Of a stretch of DNA of 36,726 nucleotides, positions 1 through 7,755 are shown one piece after another; within the stretch, counting starts at the first letter, position 1, and every line of letters begins with the position of its first letter. The translations under genes were made by a program, and so were the position numbers. The notes under the pieces were generated by a model that had not been told where the DNA came from, did no database searches, and saw only the letters and a program-made list of their open reading frames with translations. Source of the DNA: an uncultured Bacteroidaceae bacterium (lineage in GTDB: Bacteria; Bacteroidota; Bacteroidia; Bacteroidales; Bacteroidaceae); the NCBI GenBank assembly GCA_964404555.1, contig CAYOKO010000002.1, positions 1-36,726 on the forward strand, given 5' to 3'.

Positions 1-47
1 TGGAAGGTTGTGGAGGCGAAGGGCTTAACTGAGCAATAGTGGTGTAA

Positions 48-902
48 TTACTGAAACACCACCATCGCCCATTCTCCGTTGTTCTTTTGCTCCTTAAGGT
101 GCAGTCCCTGTGCCTCGGCAACTGCGGTGAGTTCCGGGATGTCGGTGGTGTAGAAGCCACTCATGAGGATGCTGCCACCGGGATGTAGCGCTTTGCGGAA
201 ACGTGGGAAGTCTTGCTTCAAGATGTTTAGGTTGATGTTCGCAATCAATACATCTACTTGTTCTCCGGCATACGCTCCTCCATCTGCCAATACGCTGCTG
301 TCACCCGTAACGACGCGTAGATTTTTTACGTGGTTGAGTTCTGCATTGAGCTTCGTGTTCTCCGTGCTCCATTCATCTATATCGTATGCCAATACCTCTT
401 GCGCTCCACGCATGGAAGCTAGGATGCCCAAGATACCGGTGCCACAACCGGCATCGAGTATGCGCTTGCCCTCTAAGGGGAGGTCCATCAATGTATGTAC
501 CAACATTCCCGTCGTTTCGTGTGTGCCTGTACCAAATGCTAGTTGCGGACGTATGATGATGTCGTACTCCATGGGTTGTACGTCTGTGTGCTCCGTATCG
601 TGAATGACACATCTGTTATCTATATAAACGGGCTTAAAAGCGTTCTTCTCCCATTCCTCGTTCCAGTCTTTATCCTCTGCTTCCTGTAGATGGTAGGTTA
701 TCTCCACTCCTTTGATGGGAAACGATGCCAGACTCTCTTGCATGGCAAATCCGTTCCATAGCGATTGCTGACAGTATGCCGTCAGTCCCGTTTCGGTAGT
801 GACAAAACTCTCGCATCCGGCATCGGCTGCCAGAGCACTTAGTATATCGGTCGCTACGTCCGTGAATGGCGTAACGGTGAAGGTTATCTCGAAATATTTC
901 AT
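48..902 (-). CDS. prmA: ribosomal protein L11 methyltransferase
   Basis: 284 aa from the ATG at 900-902 (MKYFEITFTV...). It has the SAM-methyltransferase motif ILDAGCGTGILGI and PrmA-like overall organisation. The ORF-track extension up to 1061 runs through the promoter region and is not PrmA-like. Confidence 0.9.
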   Translation of the reverse strand: MKYFEITFTVTPFTDVATDILSALAADAGCESFVTTETGLTAYCQQSLWNGFAMQESLASFPIKGVEITYHLQEAEDKDWNEEWEKNAFKPVYIDNRCVIHDTEHTDVQPMEYDIIIRPQLAFGTGTHETTGMLVHTLMDLPLEGKRILDAGCGTGILGILASMRGAQEVLAYDIDEWSTENTKLNAELNHVKNLRVVTGDSSVLADGGAYAGEQVDVLIANINLNILKQDFPRFRKALHPGGSILMSGFYTTDIPELTAVAEAQGLHLKEQKNNGEWAMVVFQ

Positions 903-923
903 AGTCTCATCAAAATCTTTATG

Positions 924-931
924 CAAATCTA
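924..931 (-). promoter_or_regulatory. Bacteroidetes-type -7 promoter box (TAGATTTG on the minus strand)
   Basis: Matches the TAnnTTTG consensus and lies about 22 nt upstream of the prmA ATG. Confidence 0.35.
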
Positions 932-1068
932 CTACAAAAATGTCTTTTATACATATTTCTGACTGGAAAAAATACAGAAAATAGCAAAATAACCGCGTTT
1001 TTTGGAAAAAATAGGGATTTCCCCACATCTTTTCGGGAAAAATCCTTTTACAAACCCTCAAAGCTTTT

Positions 1069-1076
1069 TAAATTTG
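1069..1076 (+). promoter_or_regulatory. Bacteroidetes-type -7 promoter box (TAAATTTG)
   Basis: Matches TAnnTTTG and lies 28 nt upstream of the ATG at 1104. Confidence 0.4.
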
Positions 1077-1103
1077 CAACAAGAAACAATAAAAGTGACA
1101 ATT

Positions 1104-2126
1104 ATGAAGGCGAACAATTTATTTTTGGCCATGCTTCTGTGCCTTCCGTTGAGCGCAGAGGCGCAAGTAGACGACCTCTACTTTGTCCCTAAGAAGAAAA
1201 CTGCTACGCAGCAAACTACTACTACACAGCAGCAGACAACACGTACGTACAACGCTCCCGTGCGCTCTACTTACAGCGGTACATCTTCCTATAACGATGG
1301 TTCGTGGTGCGATGAGGATACTTACAATCGTCGTCCGGGATGCAGTGGTGCGTATGCTGCCGATACTACCGGACAGGCGGTGGATGATACTTATTATGAT
1401 GCCGGTGATGATGGATATTACACCGGACGTGTGCTGCGTTTCCGTGGTGCTCGTTGTGGTGTGCCGGTGGCTTCTCCGCTTTATTGGGATTTGTACTATG
1501 GTCCGGGTTCCATCTATTGGGGGTTCTACGATGATTGGTATTATTCTCCTTATTATTATTATAGTGGATGGTATGATCCGTACTACAGCTGGAGTTGGAA
1601 TCTGGGCTGGGGGTGGAGCCTCGGTTGGGGCTGGAACCTTGGCTGGGGACTTGGCTGGACTTGGGGTGGTCATCATCATCACTTTGCCGATGGTCCTGCA
1701 TGGGGTCATGGCGGTTGGGGCGGTCACCCCGGGGGTGGCGTAGGTCGTCCCGGTGGTGCTATTGCGGGTAGAGGCGGTGGCTATCGTCCCGGTAACGGTG
1801 CTTTGCGTGGTGGTAACGGATACTCCTTTGGTACACGTAACGGCATGAGTAGCTCTGCGTTCCGTGGTGGACGTGGGGTGCAGACTTCCGGCAGACAGGT
1901 GGAGGGACGTCAGGGTAATACCGTGTCTCGTGGTGGTAACACTGTGTCTCGTTCGACCAATGTGAATACGTCTCGTAGCAATAGTGGTGCCGTACAGGGT
2001 GGTAGCTCTCGTGGTGGTAACTTTGGCGGTGGCGTAAGTACCGGTCGTAGCGGCGGCTTTGGCGGCGGTAGTCGTGGCGGTGGCGGCTTTGGTGGCGGTC
2101 ACGGAGGTGGTGGCGGTAGACGTTAA
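1104..2126 (+). CDS. secreted Gly/Trp/Tyr-rich low-complexity protein of unknown function
   Basis: The ATG at 1104 gives a classical signal peptide, MKANNLFLAMLLCLPLSAEA|QV. The mature part has a Thr/Gln-rich linker, a Tyr/Trp/Asp-rich core, WxLGWG repeats, HHHH, and a long G/R/S/N tail ending GGGFGGGHGGGGGRR. The antisense ORF 1119-2102 is a low-complexity artefact. Confidence 0.75.
   Translation: MKANNLFLAMLLCLPLSAEAQVDDLYFVPKKKTATQQTTTTQQQTTRTYNAPVRSTYSGTSSYNDGSWCDEDTYNRRPGCSGAYAADTTGQAVDDTYYDAGDDGYYTGRVLRFRGARCGVPVASPLYWDLYYGPGSIYWGFYDDWYYSPYYYYSGWYDPYYSWSWNLGWGWSLGWGWNLGWGLGWTWGGHHHHFADGPAWGHGGWGGHPGGGVGRPGGAIAGRGGGYRPGNGALRGGNGYSFGTRNGMSSSAFRGGRGVQTSGRQVEGRQGNTVSRGGNTVSRSTNVNTSRSNSGAVQGGSSRGGNFGGGVSTGRSGGFGGGSRGGGGFGGGHGGGGGRR
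1596..1682 (+). repeat. in-frame 18-nt tandem repeats encoding WNLGWG-WSLGWG-WNLGWG-LGWTWG, followed by G and HHHH
   Basis: Read directly: tgg aat ctg ggc tgg ggg / tgg agc ctc ggt tgg ggc / tgg aac ctt ggc tgg gga / ctt ggc tgg act tgg ggt, then ggt cat cat cat cac. Confidence 0.85.
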
Positions 2127-2188
2127 TCCATCTTGCTTTGCGACATGAGTTATTATGAAAAAAAAAGAATCTTATAAATCGGATAAAT

Positions 2189-3724
2189 ATGAAGAAGAAT
2201 CAGTTAGCATTGGGTATGCTATTCTTATCTATAGCTTCGCAGGCACAGACTCCGTATGAGTTGGAGAAGATTTCTTCGCCCGACCTTACGGGAACGGCAA
2301 GATATGTTGGTATGGGTGGTGCTATGAGTGCTTTGGGTGCCGATATGTCGGTGGCTACTACCAACCCTGCGGGTTTGGCTCTCTATCGCCGTGGCGATGT
2401 TTCTCTGGGTGCTGGCTTGCTGAGTGGTGCGGAACAGAATGATTTTGCTCACCATTCGGGTACGCAGATTTTGTTTAATCACTTGGGCTTTGTTCAGGCG
2501 TACAACTTGGATAGTGGTGATGGTCTGCAATCGGTGGTTGTGGGCTTGCAGTATCAGCGTGTGAAGGACTTCAACCGCAATGTCTTTGTGGGGGGTAGTA
2601 CCGGTGGAACTACGCAGTTGGGACAGTTTGCTTATCAGGCTGCCGGAAATCTTGTTACGCCGGGTAGCAGTGCTGCCGAGAGTGCGGGACTTATCTCACA
2701 GGAGGCGGATGGTAAGTGGTATTATGATAACAGTTCCGAGGCAACGGGTTCCGGTTATCAGTCCAACTCTAAACAGTGGGGTGGTATCTCTCAGTACAAT
2801 GTAAACTTGGCGGCTAACATTAGCGACCGTGTTTATCTAGGTGTTAACGTGGGATTGAACGACCTTAACTATCATTCTTATAAGGAGTACACGGAGTATG
2901 TGCCGGGTGGCGCAACCAACTATTCTACCGCTACCGAGCGCAGTATCTCCGGTTTGGGTGTGCAGGTGGGCTTCGGTATTGTGGTGCGTCCCATTGAGGA
3001 TTCCCCCTTCCGCTTTGGCTTGTCTGCCGTTACACCAACCTATTATGAGTCTCTCAAGGCTCGTACGCGTCACGAACTCTATTGCGATGGTGGCATCTAC
3101 TATGATGACTATGCGCAGAGTGCTCGCTTGGACGATTATAAGTTCAACGTAAATACTCCGTGGCGTTTCAACTTGAGCTTGGGTCACACCATCGATAATA
3201 TTCTTGCCATTGGTGCGGAGTATGAGTATGCTAAGTATTCTTCCAATAAGGTGAGCTATGGCGATTCCTGGGACGATGCTTACGATACCGATCCGGACGA
3301 TGCCTTGAACTGGAATACCGAGGATGTCTTGAAGGGGGTACATACTTTTAAGTTGGGTGCCGAACTCTCTGTATTGCCGGAGATGAAGGTGCGTGTAGGT
3401 TACAACTTCGTTAGCAGTCCTACTTATAAGGATTCCTATTTGAATACCGATACGCAGAGTGAACTGTATCGTTATTGCTATCCGGAGACCGATTACACGA
3501 ATCTCTCTGCCATTAACCGCTTTACATGTGGTTTGGGTTTTGCCTTCGATAAGATGTATGTAGATATGGCGTATCAGTATCAGCATCAGACGGGTAAGTT
3601 CTATGCGTACGATGACCAATATGCGTCTGTAGGTACGGGTGGTAGATATGTTTCTTATCTTGCTCCGCAGAAGACGGATCTTAGTAAACACAACTTCCAA
3701 ATTACTCTTGGATATAGATTCTAG
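2189..3724 (+). CDS. outer-membrane beta-barrel protein, FadL/TodX/PorV-like
   Basis: Signal peptide MKKNQLALGMLFLSIASQAQ. The N-terminal motif ARYVGMGGAMSALGADMSVATTNPAGLA is typical of FadL/OmpP1/PorV-type barrels. The body has alternating amphipathic strands and the C-terminal OMP signature ...ITLGYRF. Confidence 0.75.
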   Translation: MKKNQLALGMLFLSIASQAQTPYELEKISSPDLTGTARYVGMGGAMSALGADMSVATTNPAGLALYRRGDVSLGAGLLSGAEQNDFAHHSGTQILFNHLGFVQAYNLDSGDGLQSVVVGLQYQRVKDFNRNVFVGGSTGGTTQLGQFAYQAAGNLVTPGSSAAESAGLISQEADGKWYYDNSSEATGSGYQSNSKQWGGISQYNVNLAANISDRVYLGVNVGLNDLNYHSYKEYTEYVPGGATNYSTATERSISGLGVQVGFGIVVRPIEDSPFRFGLSAVTPTYYESLKARTRHELYCDGGIYYDDYAQSARLDDYKFNVNTPWRFNLSLGHTIDNILAIGAEYEYAKYSSNKVSYGDSWDDAYDTDPDDALNWNTEDVLKGVHTFKLGAELSVLPEMKVRVGYNFVSSPTYKDSYLNTDTQSELYRYCYPETDYTNLSAINRFTCGLGFAFDKMYVDMAYQYQHQTGKFYAYDDQYASVGTGGRYVSYLAPQKTDLSKHNFQITLGYRF

Positions 3725-3731
3725 CATATAG

Positions 3732-3769
3732 AAAGAGGGCGGACAATCTCGTGGATGTCCGCCCTCTTT
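3732..3769. terminator. bidirectional hairpin terminator between convergent genes
   Basis: Perfect 14-bp stem, aaagagggcggaca (3732-3745) with tgtccgccctcttt (3756-3769), and a 10-nt loop. It lies between the stop at 3724 (+) and the stop at 3790 (-). Confidence 0.7.
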
Positions 3770-3789
3770 ATTCCTCTTAAGTTTTCTCT

Positions 3790-5385
3790 TTACTTAATAT
3801 CAATTTCTTCCTTCATATCAATCTCTCTTCCCTGCGTATCGCGGAAAACGTACTGTAGGAAAGCGAGTTCCTGACTTGGTATCACACGAATACCTAGGCC
3901 ATACTTCATGGTCCACTTCAAACGGATGGACAGAATACCTTGGTTTAAGTATGCCGCCACATAAGGATGAACATAGAGTGTAAACTTCTTGATGTTCAGT
4001 CGGTTTACAAGCATATCAATTTTGTTCTCCAGCGTATCGGTAAATAGGAAGCTCGATTTTATCACTCCCTTGCCGTGACACGTAGGACACGTTTCATCCA
4101 CATGCACATCCATCACCGGACGGACACGCTGTCTTGTAATCTGCATCAATCCGAACTTGCTCAGAGGCAAAATGTTGTGACGTGCTCTGTCCTTCTTCAT
4201 GTTCTTACACATTCGTTCGTAGAGCTTCTGTCTGTCCTCTGCCAGATTCATATCGATGAAATCGACCACGATGATACCACCCATATCGCGCAATCGCAGT
4301 TGGCGAGCCAACTCATCTGCCGCTCCAAGGTTTACATCCAGTGCATTTGCTTCCTGTCCGTTACCGTCCTTAGCGCGGTTACCGCTGTTCACGTCCACTA
4401 CGTGTAGTGCTTCCGTATGCTCAATTACCAGATAGGCACCCCTTTTGTACGACACTGTCTTTCCGAACAAGCTCTTGATTTGCTTCGTTATGGAAAAGTT
4501 GTCGAAGATAGGAAGTTGTCCTTTATACTGTTTTACGATGCCCGCTCTGTTGGGTGCAATGAGCGTTACGTAATCTTTTATTTCCTGATAAACTCCTTCA
4601 TCGTTTACGTAGATATTCTCGTATGAGGGGTTAAACAGGTCACGTAATATCGCCACGGCACGGCTCGTTTCCTCGTAGACAAGTTTAGGCAACTTGTCTG
4701 CCTTTTGAGCTGCCTCGAGCGCATCGTTCCATCGTTTGGTCAGAATCCGGAGTTCGCTGTCCAGTTCTGCCACTCTCAAACCCTCCGCCACGGTACGCAC
4801 AATCACACCCATGTGCTTGGGGCGGATACTCTGAATAATCTGTTTTAAGCGCGCACGCTCCTCGCTCGACTTAATCTTGGAAGACACGGACACCTTATCG
4901 TTGAACGGAACAAGTACCAGGTATCTGCCTGCGAACGACAGTTCCGCCGTGATGCGCGGACCCTTTGTCGAGATAGGCTCCTTTACTATCTGTACCAGTA
5001 TTTCTTGTCCCTGTTGCAGGGTGGATTCTATGCTTCCCTCTTTGGGGAGTTCCGGCTGCTTGACAGCTTTATTCGTAGGGTAGAGGTCTTTTTTGTTGCT
5101 GAGCACCTGCTTTAGGTACTTGGCATACGAATTATAGTTGATACCCAAGTCAAGATAATGAAGAAATGCGCTACGTTCGTAGCCCACATCCACGAAGCAA
5201 GCATTCAGTCCCGGCATGAGTTTCTTGACGCGTGCCAGATAGATGTTGCCCACGGAGAAGGATTCCGTTCGCCCTTCCTGCTGGAGTTCCACCAGACTTT
5301 TGTCTTCGGTGAGAGCAATGGAGATCTGCTTCTCTTGTACGTCTACGTACAATTCGCTGGTCAGTTCTTTTTCTTCAGTATCCAT
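3790..5385 (-). CDS. rng: ribonuclease G/E family endoribonuclease
   Basis: 531 aa from the ATG at 5383-5385 (MDTEEKELTSELYVDV...). It has an S1 domain (GNIYLARVKKLMPGLNACFVDVGYERSAFLH), a catalytic core (GGIIVVDFIDM) and a Zn-link-like CPTCHGKG. Confidence 0.9.
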   Translation of the reverse strand: MDTEEKELTSELYVDVQEKQISIALTEDKSLVELQQEGRTESFSVGNIYLARVKKLMPGLNACFVDVGYERSAFLHYLDLGINYNSYAKYLKQVLSNKKDLYPTNKAVKQPELPKEGSIESTLQQGQEILVQIVKEPISTKGPRITAELSFAGRYLVLVPFNDKVSVSSKIKSSEERARLKQIIQSIRPKHMGVIVRTVAEGLRVAELDSELRILTKRWNDALEAAQKADKLPKLVYEETSRAVAILRDLFNPSYENIYVNDEGVYQEIKDYVTLIAPNRAGIVKQYKGQLPIFDNFSITKQIKSLFGKTVSYKRGAYLVIEHTEALHVVDVNSGNRAKDGNGQEANALDVNLGAADELARQLRLRDMGGIIVVDFIDMNLAEDRQKLYERMCKNMKKDRARHNILPLSKFGLMQITRQRVRPVMDVHVDETCPTCHGKGVIKSSFLFTDTLENKIDMLVNRLNIKKFTLYVHPYVAAYLNQGILSIRLKWTMKYGLGIRVIPSQELAFLQYVFRDTQGREIDMKEEIDIK

Positions 5386-5406
5386 TTTATATGTATTTGT
5401 AAAAAC

Positions 5407-5453
5407 AAAGAACAAACTCAAAGTGCGTAACGCCCCCTGAAAGTTTGTTCTTT
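5407..5453 (-). other. 12-bp perfect inverted repeat in the leader of the RNase G/E gene
   Basis: aaagaacaaact (5407-5418) pairs with agtttgttcttt (5442-5453) across a 23-nt loop. On the minus strand it is followed by GTTTTT. It sits between the small basic ORF stop (5482) and the rng start (5385). Confidence 0.4.
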
Positions 5454-5481
5454 ATACAAGCGAAGAACTCAAAGAGTCGCT

Positions 5482-5571
5482 TTATTTGCTCTTATGTCTG
5501 TTCTTTCTCAGTCTTTTTTTACGCTTGTGAGTAGACATCTTGTGTCTTTTCTTTTTCTTACCGCTTGGCAT
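5482..5571 (-). CDS. 29-aa hyper-basic protein, bS22 (AURKAIP1/COX24)-like putative small ribosomal protein
   Basis: Translated by hand: MPSGKKKKRHKMSTHKRKKRLRKNRHKSK*. The ATG is at 5569-5571 and the TAA at 5482-5484. It is absent from the ORF track because it is under 60 aa. The K/R-x-K-M-S-x-x-K-x-R-K-x-L-R pattern resembles actinobacterial bS22. Confidence 0.6.
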   Translation of the reverse strand: MPSGKKKKRHKMSTHKRKKRLRKNRHKSK

Positions 5572-5605
5572 AGTTTTTATATTTATGAGTTAATAAATTA
5601 AGAAA

Positions 5606-5905
5606 TTACTCTTCAGTTCCCTCTATAGCCTCTCCCTTAATCTCGGCCATGAAGGTCTTAGCTGGCTTGAATGCCGGAATGTTGTGCTCGGGGATGGTGA
5701 TGGTAAGGTTCTTGGAGATATTACGTGCGGTCTTAGTTGCACGCTTCTTCAATATGAAGCTTCCAAATCCGCGAAGGTACACATTCTCACCCGCAGCCAG
5801 AGAGTCCTTAACGGTCTCCATGAATGCCTCTACAGTTACCAAAATGGACTGCTTGTCCACACCGGTCTTTTGGGCAATCTGACTTACTATTTCTGCCTTT
5901 GTCAT
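5606..5905 (-). CDS. HU family DNA-binding protein
   Basis: 99 aa from the ATG at 5903-5905 (MTKAEIVSQIAQKTGVDKQS...LRGFGSF...). The long ORF-track extension to 6619 is antisense to mutY and spurious. Confidence 0.9.
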   Translation of the reverse strand: MTKAEIVSQIAQKTGVDKQSILVTVEAFMETVKDSLAAGENVYLRGFGSFILKKRATKTARNISKNLTITIPEHNIPAFKPAKTFMAEIKGEAIEGTEE

Positions 5906-5952
5906 ATTTGTTATATTTATTGTTATACTGGTTCTATGTTCTAAAACGGATG

Positions 5953-5960
5953 CAAATATA
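5953..5960 (-). promoter_or_regulatory. -7 promoter box (TATATTTG on the minus strand)
   Basis: TAnnTTTG match about 48 nt upstream of the HU start codon. Confidence 0.35.
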
Positions 5961-6063
5961 CGAATTTTCAACGATATAGCGAAAAATATCCCGTTTTTTT
6001 TCGAAAAAATGCCGCTTTCTACTCTTTCTCTCGGCTTTTCATGGTTAAAAAGCGGGTTTTTAC

Positions 6064-6071
6064 TAAGTTTG
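6064..6071 (+). promoter_or_regulatory. -7 promoter box (TAAGTTTG)
   Basis: TAnnTTTG match 27 nt upstream of the mutY ATG. Confidence 0.35.
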
Positions 6072-6097
6072 TACTTTGTTTTATAATGATATAGACG

Positions 6098-7201
6098 ATG
6101 ATAGATATAACTCCGTTTGCCGTTACTCTGGAGGAGTGGTACGAGCAGCATAAACGTGAACTCCCGTGGCGCTCTACGCGCAATCCTTATGAAATATGGG
6201 TGTCGGAAATCATCCTGCAACAGACGCGTGTGGTGCAGGGGTACGATTATTATGTGCGTTTCTTGCGGGCGTTTCCTACGGTGGAGGCGCTGGCGGCTGC
6301 GCAGGAGGAGGAGGTTATGCGTTTGTGGCAGGGATTGGGGTATTACTCTCGTGCACGCAATTTGCATACGGCTGCGAAGTCGGTGGTGAGGATGGGACAT
6401 TTTCCGTCTACTTATAAGGAGATTCTTGCGCTCAGGGGGGTGGGTCCTTACACGGCGGCGGCGATAGCTTCTTTTGCTTTTCATTTGCCGTATGCGGTGG
6501 TCGATGGTAATGTTTACCGGGTGCTTTCGCGTTATTTCGGGATAGACGAGGCGATAGATACTCCGCAGGGGCAGCGTACTTTCCGTGCTATGGCGGATGA
6601 GATGCTGGATGTGGCGCATCCTGCGCTCTATAATCAGGCGATAATGGACTTTGGGGCGTTGCAGTGTGTGCCCCAGTCGCCTGTTTGTGATGTGTGTCCG
6701 CTGTGTACCGGTTGTGTGGCGTTTCGTGAGGGTAGGGTGGCGGAGCTTCCCGTTAAGGGGAAGGCGTTGGTGCGTCGTGATCGCTACTTTGTCTATCTAT
6801 ATATAAAATGTACGGGCGCAATGATGATACATCGACGGGCGGCACGGGATATTTGGAACGGTTTGTTCGAAGTTCCGTTGCTGGAATCTCCGGAACGCAC
6901 ATTGTCGCTGGAGGAGGTGCGTCAATCGTCTCTTATGCAGGAAATTCGTAGCCGATATGCCGGCGGTGGTGACGGTGGGGAGATGTGGCGCTGTGTGTGT
7001 CGGGGGGTGAAGCACGTCTTGAGTCACCGGAACCTTTATGCCGATTTCTATGAGGTGGATTTGTCGGATGTTTTTACTGTTTCTCCGGGTGATGAATGGC
7101 TGATAGGCGGGGAGGTGTATCGATGGATTTCGGAGGGGGAGAGAGGTGACTTTGCCTTTCCAAGATTGATATTGAGGCTTTTTGAGCATTTTTCCGACTG
7201 A
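6098..7201 (+). CDS. mutY: A/G-specific adenine DNA glycosylase
   Basis: Has ILQQTRV, the HhH-GPD motif LRGVGPYTAAAIASFAF, the 4Fe-4S cluster loop CVPQSPVCDVCPLCTGC, and a C-terminal NUDIX-like domain. Confidence 0.9.
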   Translation: MIDITPFAVTLEEWYEQHKRELPWRSTRNPYEIWVSEIILQQTRVVQGYDYYVRFLRAFPTVEALAAAQEEEVMRLWQGLGYYSRARNLHTAAKSVVRMGHFPSTYKEILALRGVGPYTAAAIASFAFHLPYAVVDGNVYRVLSRYFGIDEAIDTPQGQRTFRAMADEMLDVAHPALYNQAIMDFGALQCVPQSPVCDVCPLCTGCVAFREGRVAELPVKGKALVRRDRYFVYLYIKCTGAMMIHRRAARDIWNGLFEVPLLESPERTLSLEEVRQSSLMQEIRSRYAGGGDGGEMWRCVCRGVKHVLSHRNLYADFYEVDLSDVFTVSPGDEWLIGGEVYRWISEGERGDFAFPRLILRLFEHFSD

Positions 7202-7228
7202 TTTTATGGTGGTATAAGATATTTTGTC

Positions 7229-7236
7229 TATCTTTG
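7229..7236 (+). promoter_or_regulatory. -7 promoter box (TATCTTTG)
   Basis: TAnnTTTG match 28 nt upstream of the ssb ATG. Confidence 0.35.
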
Positions 7237-7263
7237 TGTCGAATAAATGAAAATCGAAGATAT

Positions 7264-7728
7264 ATGTCACTAAATAAAGTAATGTTGATAGGCAATGTGG
7301 GCAAGGAACCTGAGGTGCGTCATCTTGATAATGGTGTGGCGTGTGCTACGTTGGTTCTTGCTACCAGTGAACGTGGATACACCTTGCAGAATGGAACGCA
7401 GGTTCCGGAGCGTACGGAGTGGCACAACATAGTGTTGTGGCGTGGCTTGGCGGATGTGGTGGAGAGATACGTTCACAAGGGTGATAAGCTCTTTATTGAG
7501 GGTAAGATACGTAGTCGTTCCTATGAGGATCAGAACGGAAATACCCGTTATGTGACGGAGATTTTTGCCGACAATATGGAGATGCTTACCTCTCGTCAGC
7601 AGTCGGCTCCGGCGACTCCGGCGGCTCCCGGGGTAGATAAGGCGGCAGCAGCGAAGGCAGCGTCTACCGCTCAGAGTATGGCGCAAAACACTGCTACGGG
7701 GGGTGCTACAGAGGATCTTCCTTTTTAA
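7264..7728 (+). CDS. ssb: single-stranded DNA-binding protein
   Basis: Starts at the ATG at 7264 (MSLNKVMLIGNVGKEPEVRHL...). It has an OB fold, an Ala/Pro-rich linker and the acidic C-terminal tip ...EDLPF. Confidence 0.92.
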   Translation: MSLNKVMLIGNVGKEPEVRHLDNGVACATLVLATSERGYTLQNGTQVPERTEWHNIVLWRGLADVVERYVHKGDKLFIEGKIRSRSYEDQNGNTRYVTEIFADNMEMLTSRQQSAPATPAAPGVDKAAAAKAASTAQSMAQNTATGGATEDLPF

Positions 7729-7755
7729 ACGGAGTATTTACTAAAATCTAAGAAC

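Noticed and set aside
1-39. Possible 3' end of a plus-strand gene (frame 1 reads WKVVEAKGLTEQ*)
   Set aside because: Only 12 codons are visible and all three frames hit stops within 40 nt. That is too little to call a feature.
985-1060. Imperfect inverted repeat (gggatttcccc ... gggaaaaatcc) in the prmA / Gly-rich gene divergent promoter region, considered as an operator
   Set aside because: The arms pair poorly, with mismatches in the centre. It is not distinguishable from chance in an A/T-rich intergenic region.
1119-2102. 327-aa ORF antisense to the Gly-rich gene, plus overlapping ORFs at 1183-1743 and 1366-1701
   Set aside because: These are products of the GC-rich, repetitive GGN/TGG codon bias of the sense gene. 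The translations are low-complexity T/A/I-rich strings with no signal, motif or start context.
2837-3727. 296-aa minus-strand ORF opposite the outer-membrane barrel gene. Similar cases are 10638-11603, 13119-13931, 17161-17865 and 28591-29256.
   Set aside because: All lie fully inside well-supported genes on the other strand and translate to low-information I/V/R/T-rich sequence.
5906-6619. Upstream extension of the HU ORF to 337 aa (ORF track 5606-6619)
   Set aside because: The extension is antisense to mutY, is R/H/L-rich nonsense, and crosses the HU promoter box. HU-family proteins are about 90-100 aa, and a good ATG exists at 5905.
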